From contig OZ024740.1 in NCBI GenBank assembly GCA_964016885.1, positions 134,664,001 to 134,728,000 on the forward strand: a stretch of DNA of 64,000 nt, written 5' to 3'. Shown piece by piece: positions 27,032-38,918 of the stretch. The stretch is from Eledone cirrhosa (taxonomy: Eukaryota). Both the position numbers and the translations under genes were made by a program. Below the pieces are notes generated by a model, which did not search any database, was not told where the DNA came from, and saw nothing but the letters and a program-made list of their open reading frames with translations. Numbering within the stretch: position 1 is the stretch's first letter; every line of letters starts with the position of its first letter.

Positions 27032-27370
27032 AGAAAGGGTCAATAAGAGAAGAAATTGGTATGGGTTAACAATACAACAAACAAGAACAGAACGAATACA
27101 ACGAATAAGAATAAAAAGGAATGAAATCAAAGAGAAGAAAGTGATGCTATAAAACAAATCATATCATCACACTTGGGAAAAGAGAACATTCGATGAAATC
27201 ATCAGTAGTATTTTACTGGTATTTTATTCTATCGACCCCGACTCATATCCCTAGAAGGCTGAAAGACAAAGTCAATCTCGGCAGTATTTGAACTCTGAAC
27301 ACAAATAGATGTAACTAAATATTGCACAGTATTTGCCTGGTGCGCTACCGATTCTGTCATCCATTTATTT

Positions 27371-27457
27371 AACAAGAACAATAGCAACAACAACAAAAAC
27401 AACAACATCAACAACATCATCAATAACATCAACATCATCAAAAACATCAACAACATG

Positions 27458-27488
<31 letters not shown>

Positions 27489-27765
27489 ACAACATCCACA
27501 GCAACAACAACAACAACATCAACATCAATAACAACAGCAACAACAACAACATCAACAACATCAACATCATCAAAAACATCAATATCAACAACATCAACGA
27601 AAACAACAACAACAACAACAACAACATCAGCAGCAGCAGCAGCAGCATCAAAAACAGTATCAACAACACCATCGATACAATAACAGCAATAACAACATCA
27701 ACAACATCAACACAAAAAAACAACAGCAACAACAACTATGACAATAAAATCAACAACAATAACAA
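27371..27765. repeat. Degenerate (AAC)n/(ATC)n/(AGC)n trinucleotide tract
   Basis: Visible directly. Confidence 0.95.
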
Positions 27766-28121
27766 AAATACTTTCTTTCAATAATAGTGGAATAGAAAGT
27801 GCATGATATTACATAACACGAAGTAGGGTCTTCAATATTACATAACTGAATAGATAAAACAGGAGGCTTCCCATCGTATGAGGTAAATAAACTGAACGTG
27901 ATAAACAACAACTGTGAAATACGTGGGATGATTGGTGTCATAGAAGACATTCTTCAGTGAAAAGAATGGTCGAGATGTTTTATTACAAACTATCACGTTT
28001 CTCTGAAGAGAGACAAACAAGGCGGACATTTTGAAACTCTCCAGAGAATATATAAGAGCAACACTTGAGGAATGGTAAATGTACTTGGCGTTATAAGTAC
28101 AATGAACCGAACAGCTGGAGT

Positions 28122-28215
<94 letters not shown>

Positions 28216-28377
28216 ATACATGTATATATGTACGCATGTATATATGCACACGTGTGTATTTATATATATATATACATACATGTATATATATATATACATA
28301 TATATGTGTGTTTATATATTTTTTATATTTATACATACACACACACGCACGCACACACACACACACATATATATATG

Positions 28378-28442
<65 letters not shown>

Positions 28443-29351
28443 TAATATAATTGTTAGATGGATGTACATATGCATGTATATGTAATACATTTATAGCGTC
28501 TACAATTAGAAAAGAATCTAACAAAATTTGAACTGAAATATCATTTGTTTGTTTTATTTATTGTTGTTGTTGTCTGTGGTTTTTTTGCTTTTTTGTTATT
28601 AGTTGTGTTGGAACTAATGCACTTTACATTTGACATTTTTGTTTTGAATAAAATTAAACAAAATATTTGAAATTAACTCATTCATATTGTATCCAAAGTT
28701 TGTGTGGTGATTATGTAATAATTGTTTCTACGTTAGGCACAAGGCCAGCAATTACCCAGTGCATTACTGGTACTTTATTTTATCGACCCCGTAAGGATGA
28801 AAGGCAAAGTTAACCTCGGCGTGGTGATTATGTAATAATATTTACCTATCACACAGCCTCCACCATCACCATGATCTTCTATGCCGGATTAACCGAGTAA
28901 CATGAGTAGCATTTGTTACGGGACACGCATTTTCGGGAACAACACCTCAAGTGTTTTAAACTATTGTTATATATTGCCTGTAACCTTAATTTCCCATTTT
29001 CCTTTAATTAGACCCTTTTATAGTTTTTGTTACAAGCCCTACACTAACCTAATCTGACTCTGATGATCTAGCAAGGAAACGCTTTTTTGGTTATAGAGTA
29101 CTTCGGCTGCTTATAACTGTAAGCAAGTCGCTCAGTGTGATTGAAATAATCTGGCGAAAGCTTAACGTCTTGGCAATAGAGAGTGTGTCTCGATATGAAC
29201 AATTGACATTTCTTCAGTCGGTCATTAATTAACAACAACAATAGAAACAGCAACAGGAACAGCAGCGACAGAAATATATAAGAATTCAACTAAACTGAAC
29301 TATAAATCTTTAAATACACACACAAACATATATATATATCTTTTGTATATA

Positions 29352-29401
<50 letters not shown>

Positions 29402-30251
29402 TTCTATCTCCCCCTCCGCCTTTTGGGATTCTCCCTCCGCCTTTTGGGATTCTTTCTCACGTCGTGTAGACGCGTTCATGAAGCTAGTAAAACGAGGTAT
29501 CCTCTTGATAAGTCGGCAGACCTCGCAAAGACTCTATATCTTTATGATGTATTGTTTTTGTTTATGCCACGAAACTACGTAGTCGAGGAATCTAGGAGCA
29601 GTTTAGGTATGATACATTTTATTACTAATTATATCTAAATGTTTCTTCTCTCTTCATAATGTATTTTTAACTCTGATACTGGTTCAGTCTAATTCAACCG
29701 GATTGGTCTGTCCCAGTCATTCATTGAGCAACATCGGTAAGGTTGGCACCATTAACTCACGGTTGGGTGTGGATGCATTCATGTATATGTGTGTGTCCGC
29801 ATGTGTCTGTGTGTTTCTAAATATATTGTTCATAACTCCCTCTGGTCGAGTAATCTTTGAAGTGTGGTGACTGCTGGAAAGCTGCCATTACTCATACTTC
29901 TCTCCTCCTTCACCACCTCTTCTACGGCTTCGATATAAATACCCCCTCCGCCTCCGTGGTATTTTCTTCGGGGTTATAAGAGGCTTAGCTCTGTTTCTCG
30001 AACGTTATATCGCGTGACTATCTCCCCCTCCGCCTTTTGGGATTCTTTCTCACGTCGTGTAGACGCGTTCTTGAAGCTAGTAAAACGAGGTATCCTCTTG
30101 ATAAGTCGGCAGACCTCGCAAAGACTCTATATCTTTATGATGTATTGTTTTTGTTTATGCCACGAAACTACGTAGTCGAGGAATCTAGGAGCAGTTTAGG
30201 TATGATACATTTTATTACTAATTATATCTAAATGTTTCTTCTCTCTTCATA

Positions 30252-30252
<1 letters not shown>
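29402..30252 (-). mobile_element. Second locus of the 614-bp tandem repeat family (cf. 1-690)
   Basis: Segment near 29440 recurs near 30030; same text as 280-690 and 33-300. Confidence 0.8.
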
Positions 30253-30339
<87 letters not shown>

Positions 30340-30364
30340 TTACACAACAGTTAGTTCACCATAC

Positions 30365-30402
30365 CGAGAAGAATTGTTTCACCTTAGCGGATCCTCAGCT
30401 CG
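30365..30402 (-). ncRNA. Minimal HHR in inverted pLTR
   Basis: CGAG-CTGAGGA-tCCgctaaGGt-GAAA-CAATTC-TT-CTCG. Confidence 0.7.
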
Positions 30403-31060
30403 TAATGGACATGGTTATACGGAACAGGAAGGACAACCGTACGAACGCGCATGCGCAGAAACCGTCACTTCACACAGGCAATACTAAAATGCGTGCAAGA
30501 GGTGTAAGGGAGATAACTGCGAAAGTCGGAAAAGTTTCTAGTTGATAAGAAAATTAGGATGTTGTGATTCAATGGCGGAGGGCCAATTTAAGGAACGCTT
30601 CCTGAACCACCAGTCGACCTTTAGGTACCCGGACAGACGTTCATCCACGAAACTCGCGAGCCACGTATGGTCCCTCAAGGACTCAAGTATAGACTACTCC
30701 ATTCAATGGAAAGCCATCACTAAGTCAAGCCATACGCAAGGGGAAATCCGTCGTGTGGACTATGTATTGATGAACGAATAAATATTCTAAAGAGATTATG
30801 CAATAGTGATTGCCTAAACACGAGAAATGAATTCTTCACACGTTGTCCACACGTCTGGAAACACCTCTTACATAACTACAAAGCTCCAGATTGAATCACA
30901 ACATCCTAATTTTCTTATCAACTAGAAACTTTTCGGACTTTCGCAGTTATCTCCCTTACACCTCTCGCACGCTTTTTAGTATTGCCTGTGTGAAGTGACG
31001 GTTTCTGCGCATGCGCGTTCGTACGGTTGTCCTTCCTGTTCCGTATAACCATGTCCATTA

Positions 31061-31098
31061 CGAGCTGAGGATCCGCTAAGGTGAAACAATTGTTCTCG
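31061..31098 (+). ncRNA. Minimal HHR in 3' pLTR
   Basis: CGAG-CTGAGGA-tCCgctaaGGt-GAAA-CAATTG-TT-CTCG. Confidence 0.8.
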
Positions 31099-31193
31099 GT
31101 ATGGTGAACTAACTGTTGTGTAACCACTTCTACCTAACTCGTCCCATGGACTGAGTGCTCTACCACTACAGATATTACCTTCCAGTGTTCTAC

Positions 31194-31231
<38 letters not shown>

Positions 31232-31339
31232 AAGTCGGGGCCCCACGGCTGAGCTCTTACCGTTTCAACAGATAGTTCCAAATGAGTTTGGAATTAGCTG
31301 TTGAAACGGCAAGAGCTCAGCCGTCGGGGTTCTAATTCT

Positions 31340-31340
<1 letters not shown>

Positions 31341-31372
<32 letters not shown>

Positions 31373-31641
31373 GAGAATGTCTGTCTGACTCCCTAAAGCT
31401 CGAGAACCACCCAACCGATTGTTTTCAAACTTTACACATGTAATACTTATAGTCCTGTGAGTGTTTTGAGCAAAATAAATTTCAAATTTTCAATACCCTA
31501 GGGACCGCATTAGGCGATTTAGCGATCTCTCTCTATAATTCTTAGTCTTTCTTTTTAGATAGATACATAGATATAACGTTCCGCCCTTATAATATCTGTC
31601 GGTATGTCTGGCTGTCTGCATTACGACATTATGACGCTATG

Positions 31642-31696
<55 letters not shown>

Positions 31697-31811
31697 TGTG
31701 TAACGTTTTTCGAAATATTTACTTCTGCGTTCACAGATTGATTTTTTTTAGTTTCAGAAGATCCCGTTAAGGGTGAAAGCAGCGATTCTTTGCTTAAACT
31801 TTAATCTGTTA

Positions 31812-31884
<73 letters not shown>

Positions 31885-32004
31885 GTGTACAGATTTTTGC
31901 ATACACAATAACAAAATATAAACGAGGCTCGATAAGGATAAATATATATCAAATATATAAGAACCCTAGAGTAAATCCCGAGCAACGTCGGGCCATTCTG
32001 CTAG
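31341..32004 (+). mobile_element. Non-autonomous Helitron
   Basis: 5' (TA)n-aaaa..gtctgtctg..ctcgagaac..caaccgatt..caaactttacac; 3' hairpin CCCGA-gcaacg-TCGGG then CTAG|T; 5' TC ambiguous. Confidence 0.75.
31750..31800 (+). ncRNA. HHR, CAGAAGA-core family
   Basis: AGTTT-CAGAAGA-tCCCgttaaGGGt-GAAA-GCAgcgattcttTGC-TT-AAACT; all three stems pair. Confidence 0.7.
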
Positions 32005-32027
32005 TATATATTAAAATAACAGATTAA

Positions 32028-32078
32028 AGTTTAAGCAAAGAATCGCTGCTTTCACCCTTAACGGGATCTTCTGAAACT
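32028..32078 (-). ncRNA. HHR, CAGAAGA-core family
   Basis: Exact reverse complement of 31750-31800. Confidence 0.7.
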
Positions 32079-33022
32079 AAAAAAGAATAATCTGTGGACG
32101 CAGAAGTAAATATTTTGAAAAACGTTGCAATCGAAGGAAAACAGAAAAACGATACTTTGGTTCGTGAAGACGTTCCCTGGCAATGAACGAAAAAAAAACG
32201 AAGATAATACGTCGTTATGTGGATCGTGAGAACAATTACACACAAAGACAAAACCACGTTTATGGTATAAATGAAGTCATTAGACATATATTCTATTTAG
32301 GAAACCGAATGATTCTCGGCTTCGGAGTTAAGAATAATGTAGTTGAACGAAAATGACAGAGGTTATTAAAATCATAAGAGTAATAATAATTAAATATACT
32401 AGCAGAAAAACCACCCTTCGGTGGTTTTCTGCTAGCATGTGTAGTGTACATATTGATATTATACGCAAATATATATGCATATAGATATGATACGTCAAAT
32501 AAAATATGCACAGAAATTGAACGAAGTCTGTGTTACATTCTCTTCTGTAATCAGTAAAGTAATCCACGATACACTAAAAAAAAGACAATATTATATATAA
32601 ACTGCATATATGATAAACTAAAATGCTATGAAAAAGGAGAAAATTAGCGACGGAAATATAAACCTTATATAACGATGCGAATATATGAACGTTTATATAA
32701 GCGATGTGATGAGTATTAGTTATGATATAAGGGACGCTAACCGGAAGTATTGACATTTGAACATTTTTAAGTAGTGAATGTTAAAATAAGCAATACTTTA
32801 TATATAAGAATATTTATGTTTAATGAAGACCTACGAAATTTAGTAGATAAATTACATAATATTCATTCATTATTTATTCAATGTAATCCAACTTATTTTA
32901 CTAACGCTGTCCCGCACTCCTCCATTTATTATATTATAGATACATACACACATCTATATACGTACATACACGTGCATACGCAAAACACACGCCATGCATG
33001 CATTGGGGGTTTTTTTTTTCTT

Positions 33023-33073
33023 AGTTTCAGAAGATCTCATTAAGGGTGAAGGCAGAGATTATTTACTTAAACT
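33023..33073 (+). ncRNA. HHR, CAGAAGA-core family, degenerate (GAAG)
   Basis: agtttcagaagatctcattaagggtgaaggcagagattatttacttaaact. Confidence 0.5.
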
Positions 33074-33195
33074 TTAATCTGTTATTTTAATAAATATTTG
33101 CTCTAGAGTTCTTATATATTTGATATATATTTATCCTTATCGAGCCCTCTTTAGATTTCGGTCTTCGTCTTCGTATTTATTATTATTACTATATA

Positions 33196-35312
33196 TCTTG
33201 GAGAAAGCCTTCGACAGAGTCCCCCGTTCCATTATCTGGTGGGCTCTTAGAAAACTAGGTGTTGACGAATGGCTTGTGAGAGCCATACAAGCCATGTATA
33301 AAGAAACAGTCAGCAAGGTTAGAATTAACAACGAATATAGTGAAGAGTTTAGCGTAAAAGTCGGTGTCCATCAGGGCTCTGTTCTTAGCCCCCTACTATT
33401 TATTATTGCCCTTCAGGCTATAACAGAGGAGTTCAAGACCGGCTGCCCATGGGAACACCTATACGCAGATGATCTAACGCTCATAGCTGAATCAATGGCC
33501 GAACATGGAAGCACGGCCTAGAATCAAAAGGCCTTAAAATTAACCTGGCTAAGACTAAAGTTCTAGTTTGTAGGAAAGAAAATAAGGCGCCGGTCCCCTC
33601 CGGGAAATGGCCATGCTCAATGTGTAGGAAAGGCGTAGGTAGAAACTCCATTTTATGTCCCAAATGCAAAGTATGGGTGCATAAAAGATGTCGTGGGATC
33701 ACAGATAAGCTAACTAAGAACACAGATTTTACATGTGGCCGGTGCTCTGGTGCAATAAGTAGCAGCAAGTGTCCACAAAATACTAACTCTTTCAATTGCG
33801 CAGAGGGTTCTATAGAAATAGTGGACAGCTTCCGTTACCTGGGTGACAAAATCAGCAGTGGGGGAGGGTGCTCTGAAAGTACAGTAGCTAGAGTCAGAAC
33901 TGGATGGAAAAAGTTCAGAGAGCTTATACCACTATTAGCCGCTAAAGGGTTCTCCCTAAAAATGAAAGGCAGGTTGTATGATGCCTGCACACGAACAGCA
34001 ATGTTGCATGGCAGTGAGACCTGGGCATTGTGTGCAGAGGATATACGCAGACTAGAGAGGAACGAAGCTTGCATGCTCCGCTGGATGTGTAATAGTAATA
34101 TACGTGAACGGCAAAGCATAAACGAACTAAGGAAAAAATTAGAAATAAGAGGGATCAGATGTTGTTTACTCGAGAGAAGGCTACGTTGGTATGGTTACGT
34201 GATGCGCATGAAAGACGACAGCTGTATAACAAAGTGCAGGGATAAAGATAGATGGTAGCCACGGAGTAGGCAGACCCAGGAAAATCTGGGACGAGCTGAT
34301 AAATTCCGACCTCACACACTTACACCTCTCCAAGACAATGTCACTGGACCGAGACCTTTGGCGGTACTCAGTAACAGAGAAGACCCGCCTTACCTAAATA
34401 CAAAGTAAAACCTACTAGTCAGTAGGCATCTCTAACAAAATACACCCCCGTCCCACCCCATCCACACCGCCCCCTTCAATGCAAAGTTATGTTGGTGCCA
34501 CAACATCCAGGACGAAACAAATGAAATCGTGTAGGTGTCACGATAAAAAACACAGTCCACGCTGTAATGTGGCCGTGTAGGCAACACGGTAAAAACCTCC
34601 CAGTCCCACACTGTAAACGTGGTTGGTGTTGGGAAGGGCATCCAGCTGTAGAAAACACGCCAGACAGTCCACGCTGTAATGTGGCCGTGTAGGCAACACG
34701 GTAAAAACCTCCCAGTCCCACACTGTAAATGTGGTTGGTGTTGGGAAGGGCATCCAGCTGTAGAAAACACGCCAGACAGTTCACGCTGTAATGTGGCCGT
34801 GTAGGCAACACGGTAAAAACCTCCCAGTCCCACACTGTAAATGTGGTTGGTGTTGGGAAGGGCATCCAGCTGTAGAAAACACGCCAGACAGTCCACGCTG
34901 TAATGTGGCCGTGTAGGCAACACGGTAAAAACCTCCCAGTCCCACACTGTAAATGTGGTTGGTGTTGAGAAGGGCATCCAGCTGTAGAAAACACGCCAGA
35001 CAGTCCACGCTGTAATGTGGCCGTGTAGGCAACACGGTAAAAACCTCCCAGTCCCACACTGTAAATGTGGTTGGTGTTGGGAAGGGCATCCAGCTGTAGA
35101 AAACATGCCAGACAGTCCACGCTGTAATGTGGCCGTGTAGGTAACACGGTAAAAACCTCCCAGCCCCACACTGTAAATGTGGTTGGTGTTAGGAAGGCAT
35201 CCAGCTGTAGAAAACCCGCCAGACAGTCCTATGCGAGCAAGACAACCACTCTTGCCTCAAGTGGGAAAACCCCCGTCCAAACCCATGCAAGCGTGGAACA
35301 GGGACGTTAAAC

Positions 35313-35348
<36 letters not shown>
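33196..35348 (+). mobile_element. 5'-truncated RTE-clade LINE with Cys-rich (PHD-like) insert in the RT, long 3' UTR and (GAT)n tail
   Basis: LEKAFDRVPR, HQGSVLSPLLF, YADDL, CSMC..CPKCKVWVHKRC..CGRC, FRYLG, RRLRWYGYVMR; small deletion/frameshift near 33503. Confidence 0.92.
34553..35229. repeat. 112-bp minisatellite, 6 copies, inside the LINE 3' UTR
   Basis: cagt(c/t)cacgctgtaatg at 34553, 34665, 34777, 34889, 35001, 35113. Confidence 0.95.
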
Positions 35349-35490
35349 ATATATATATATATATTTTCGCTCTACATGGCTGAATACAATAAATGTAATC
35401 TGAGTTTTTCGAATATTAATAATAATATTCGATTCGTTTGCAATATTGCAAACAGCGTCATTTTTAAAGCCATGTCAGGAGAATGACAGT

Positions 35491-35540
35491 GAACTGTACT
35501 GATGAAGGGTAATATCCAGAAACATTAGTGTCTGTAGTTC
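35491..35540 (+). ncRNA. Type I hammerhead ribozyme between ~90-bp inverted repeats
   Basis: GAACTGTA-CTGATGA-aGGGTaatATCCa-GAAA-CATtaGTG-TC-TGTAGTTC; IRs 35397-35486 / 35577-35663. Confidence 0.85.
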
Positions 35541-36089
35541 TGTTTACATGCCAACACAAGAGCAAGAATGAGGGGCTCATTCTACTGACATGGCTTTAAA
35601 AATGAGGTTGTTTGCAGAATTGCAAACGAATCGATTATTATTAATAATCGAAAAACTCAGATTAGATTCTACTGAACTTCCATTTGTGTATATATATATA
35701 TATATATATGGGGGGGGGGGGGGGGGGCGTATTAATCTCTAGTATTAAACATCTCAATGAAAAGATAAAATATAAAGATAAAATATCAACTGAGAGAAGC
35801 AATTAAACATTAAACTTAAGCCAAAATCTCGATTTGGGGGAATATAAGCTAGACCAACTAAAATAAGTCAGTTCTATTTATATAGTGTCCCAAACATGGT
35901 TTCTGGAATTGAGAAATAATATTAATTATTTCAATACATTGAAACAGCCAATATTGGAAGAATGTATTCCATCTTCAGGGGAAAAATTCTTTGGAACCTG
36001 AGAAAATATTGAATAGATAGTATACAGACCATGTCGTTGCCGAGACCGTTACAATTTTCTTTTGTACGGTTTAAATATTTGTTTTAAAC

Positions 36090-36412
36090 CAGTGATTCCC
36101 AAAGTGGATGCTACTGTCTCCTTGGGGGCACTGGGAGACTCAAGAAGGGCACTAGAAATCACGGGGTTGTACGGTGCCATAGAAAGGCAAGGAGCGATGA
36201 AGGAGAAGGAAAAAAGCAAAGAATATAAATTAGTAATTGCTCATAAAGCTGTCATTTTTAGTTATTCAATAGATACTTAAATAAAATGTTTAAAATATAG
36301 TAAAATTTAATTTTCAGTACATATTTGTTTTATCAACTTCACAATGGGCGGGATGCTGTTGAAATATATTCTCTCAGACGAGCGGTAGTTTAAAAAGGAT
36401 TAGGAAGCTCTA
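36090..36412. mobile_element. hAT (Charlie-like) MITE
   Basis: CAGTGATTCCCAAAGT start, degenerate right TIR; TSD TTTTAAAC / ATTTAAAC. Confidence 0.65.
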
Positions 36413-36444
36413 ATTTAAACCGATGAAACAATTCTTCAAATGTA

Positions 36445-36830
36445 TTGCACAAGGCCAGCAATTGGAGAGGAAGAGGAAAGTCGATTAAATCGATCCCAGT
36501 AATTGACTAGTACTTTATTTATCGACCCTGAGAGAATGAAAGGCAAAGTTGACTTTGGCGAGATTTGAACACAAAATTAAATGCCCCAAAGCATGTTGTC
36601 CGCCGTTCTATTGATTTTGTCAATCTACTGATCTTACAATGTCTCAAATTTAGACACAAGGCCAGTAATTTGGGGAAGAGGAATGTCGATTATATCGACC
36701 ATCATAGATAATTGGTACTTTTTTATCGACTCCCAAAGAATGAAAGACGAAGTAAATTTCGGTAGGAATTGAACCTAGAATGTAGAGATTAGTAAAGAAA
36801 TGCTGCAATGCATCGTCAATTCACCGTCCA
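36445..36830 (-). mobile_element. Two older SINE family A copies
   Basis: Diverged consensus matches. Confidence 0.75.
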
Positions 36831-37437
36831 TATACTGTATGTCAAAAAAAAAGTAATGATAAATATTTCTAAATACAAAAATGTATTTCAAGTGGAAAGG
36901 TTTATGTGAGTGCTCGGTGGATTTCAATATATTATAACGAATTGTTTTCCTGTCTGGAGCTATATATTATGATTTAAATGAGTGGAGGAAAGAAAAGTCG
37001 AGAGAGGGAGGGAGGGGTCGAGAGAGAGTGGAGAGAGGGATTGGAGACAGAAAGAAATCAAACCAAGGTATATATACAGGATATTGTAGTTATGGAGTTT
37101 GTTGCGCAACCACATGGGTTTGGATACAGTTCCAATATATGACACCTTGGGCAAGTGACTTCTATTATGACCACGGGTTAACCAATGCCCTGTGAGTGAA
37201 ATTTGGTAGGTGGAAATTATGTAGAAGCCTATCGTATATGATCGCTGCAGCTTGATAACGTCTGTCATACCCATTTGGTGAGCGTTGCGGTCTGGTTCAG
37301 TAAGCCGGGTTTAGGAAGGTGGGTGGTCCGTGTTCGGTTTACTGAATTTGGAAGATGAATCATTAGTGCTGGCTGGCGTTCAGTATAGGGTGTTTGCTGA
37401 GCTTTTGGGGACTGGAGTTATAACAGTCTTCTTTATG

Positions 37438-37619
<182 letters not shown>

Positions 37620-37629
37620 TCTAATACAA

Positions 37630-37746
37630 AGGTCTGAAGACATGGTGTGTTTGCTTACAGTGTACCTTCGGTTTATGATAATATTTGTATATTATTCAAA
37701 TAGCGAGGTATAGGTAACCCATACACTATAGAAACAATTGTTACCT
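37630..37746 (+). ncRNA. HHR with ~90-nt extended stem II
   Basis: AGGT-CTGAAGA-cATGGTGTGT...ATACACTATa-GAAA-CAATTG-TT-ACCT; internal pairings gtaccttcg/cgaggtat and ataatat/atattat. Confidence 0.75.
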
Positions 37747-37790
37747 AATAAATTCTATATACCCGCATTTCCATTTCGTAAACTTCTTCT

Positions 37791-37924
<134 letters not shown>

Positions 37925-38123
37925 TATATATATGTGTGTGTGTATTAACATTTAATGTTTTTGTTAGACTTATAAAAATAGGTACTGGGGTCGATGTAAT
38001 CACCTAAATCCCTTCAATGTGGTGACCTAACATAGCCCCAATCTTTTACTGAAGCTAGTAATAGAATGAATGAATACAAGAATAGGTATAAAGGAAATAT
38101 CTTAATCTAATATATATATATTG

Positions 38124-38467
38124 GAGGCACATGGCTTAGTGGTTAGAGCATTGGCCTTGCAATCGAAAGGTTGTGAGTTCAATTCTCAGACCGAGTGATG
38201 TGTTGTTTCCTTGAGCAAGACACTTTATTTCACATTGCTTCAGTTTACTCATCTGTAGAAATGAGATAAGGATTGGGGTCCCTATCATTCCACTGCAAAA
38301 TGGTCGTGGAGGTGCCACGTCAAAAAAGCACCCAGCACTCACTGTAAATGAGGTTGGTGTTAGGAAGGGCATCCAGCTGTAGAAATCAAGCCAGAATCTG
38401 TTCCCGTCCCACCCTTGCAAGCAGGGAAAAGTGGACGTAAAATGAAATGGTGATGAATGATGATGAT
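38124..38467 (+). mobile_element. tRNA-derived SINE with RTE-like 3' tail
   Basis: tggcttagtggttagagc..gagttcaattc head; tail shared with LINE 35170-35348; sibling at 58922-59255. Confidence 0.88.
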
Positions 38468-38664
38468 ATATTTGATATATCTCATATGAAATGATACACC
38501 CAATTTTCCACACAATACAATTAGTTAGCACCCCGAACGTTTAATTAGGAATATACTCAGGTATTTCCTAATGTTTGTTGAGTGAGTTGGAATTTGGCCG
38601 GAGTATCGCTATTAGCTTTCTCCGATTATGTATTTATATATATATAGAGAGAGAGAGAGAGGAG

Positions 38665-38759
38665 GGTGAAGTTGGAAATAACACGGAAATCTGTGACAGA
38701 CAGGCTGAAAGAAACACAGCCTGTCTGTCACAGATTTCCGTGGTATTTCCAACTTCACC
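38665..38759. repeat. ~42-bp-arm hairpin
   Basis: ggtgaagttggaaata..acagacaggctg / cagcctgtctgt..tatttccaacttcacc. Confidence 0.9.
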
Positions 38760-38834
38760 TTTTCTCTATATCCACTGTTTCGTATAGAATCCTTACTTCC
38801 CTTTTCTAATATATATATACAGTATATATATACA

Positions 38835-38914
<80 letters not shown>

Positions 38915-38918
38915 TATA

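Larger units (their letters stand above)
30336..31190 (+). mobile_element. 5'-truncated PLE (Neptune-like endonuclease C-terminus) with 238-bp inverted pLTRs
   Basis: EGQFKERFLNHQSTF..STKLASHVWSLKD..YSIQWK..LNTRNEFFTRCPH; arms 30336-30573 / 30890-31127. Confidence 0.88.

Noticed and set aside
27229-27784. Poly-Leu and poly-Asn ORFs
   Set aside because: (AAC)n microsatellite
29056-29090. CTGATGA...GAAACGCTT HHR-like string
   Set aside because: No stem I pairing and only a marginal stem II
34432-35171. 245-aa and 231-aa ORFs
   Set aside because: Products of the 112-bp tandem repeat
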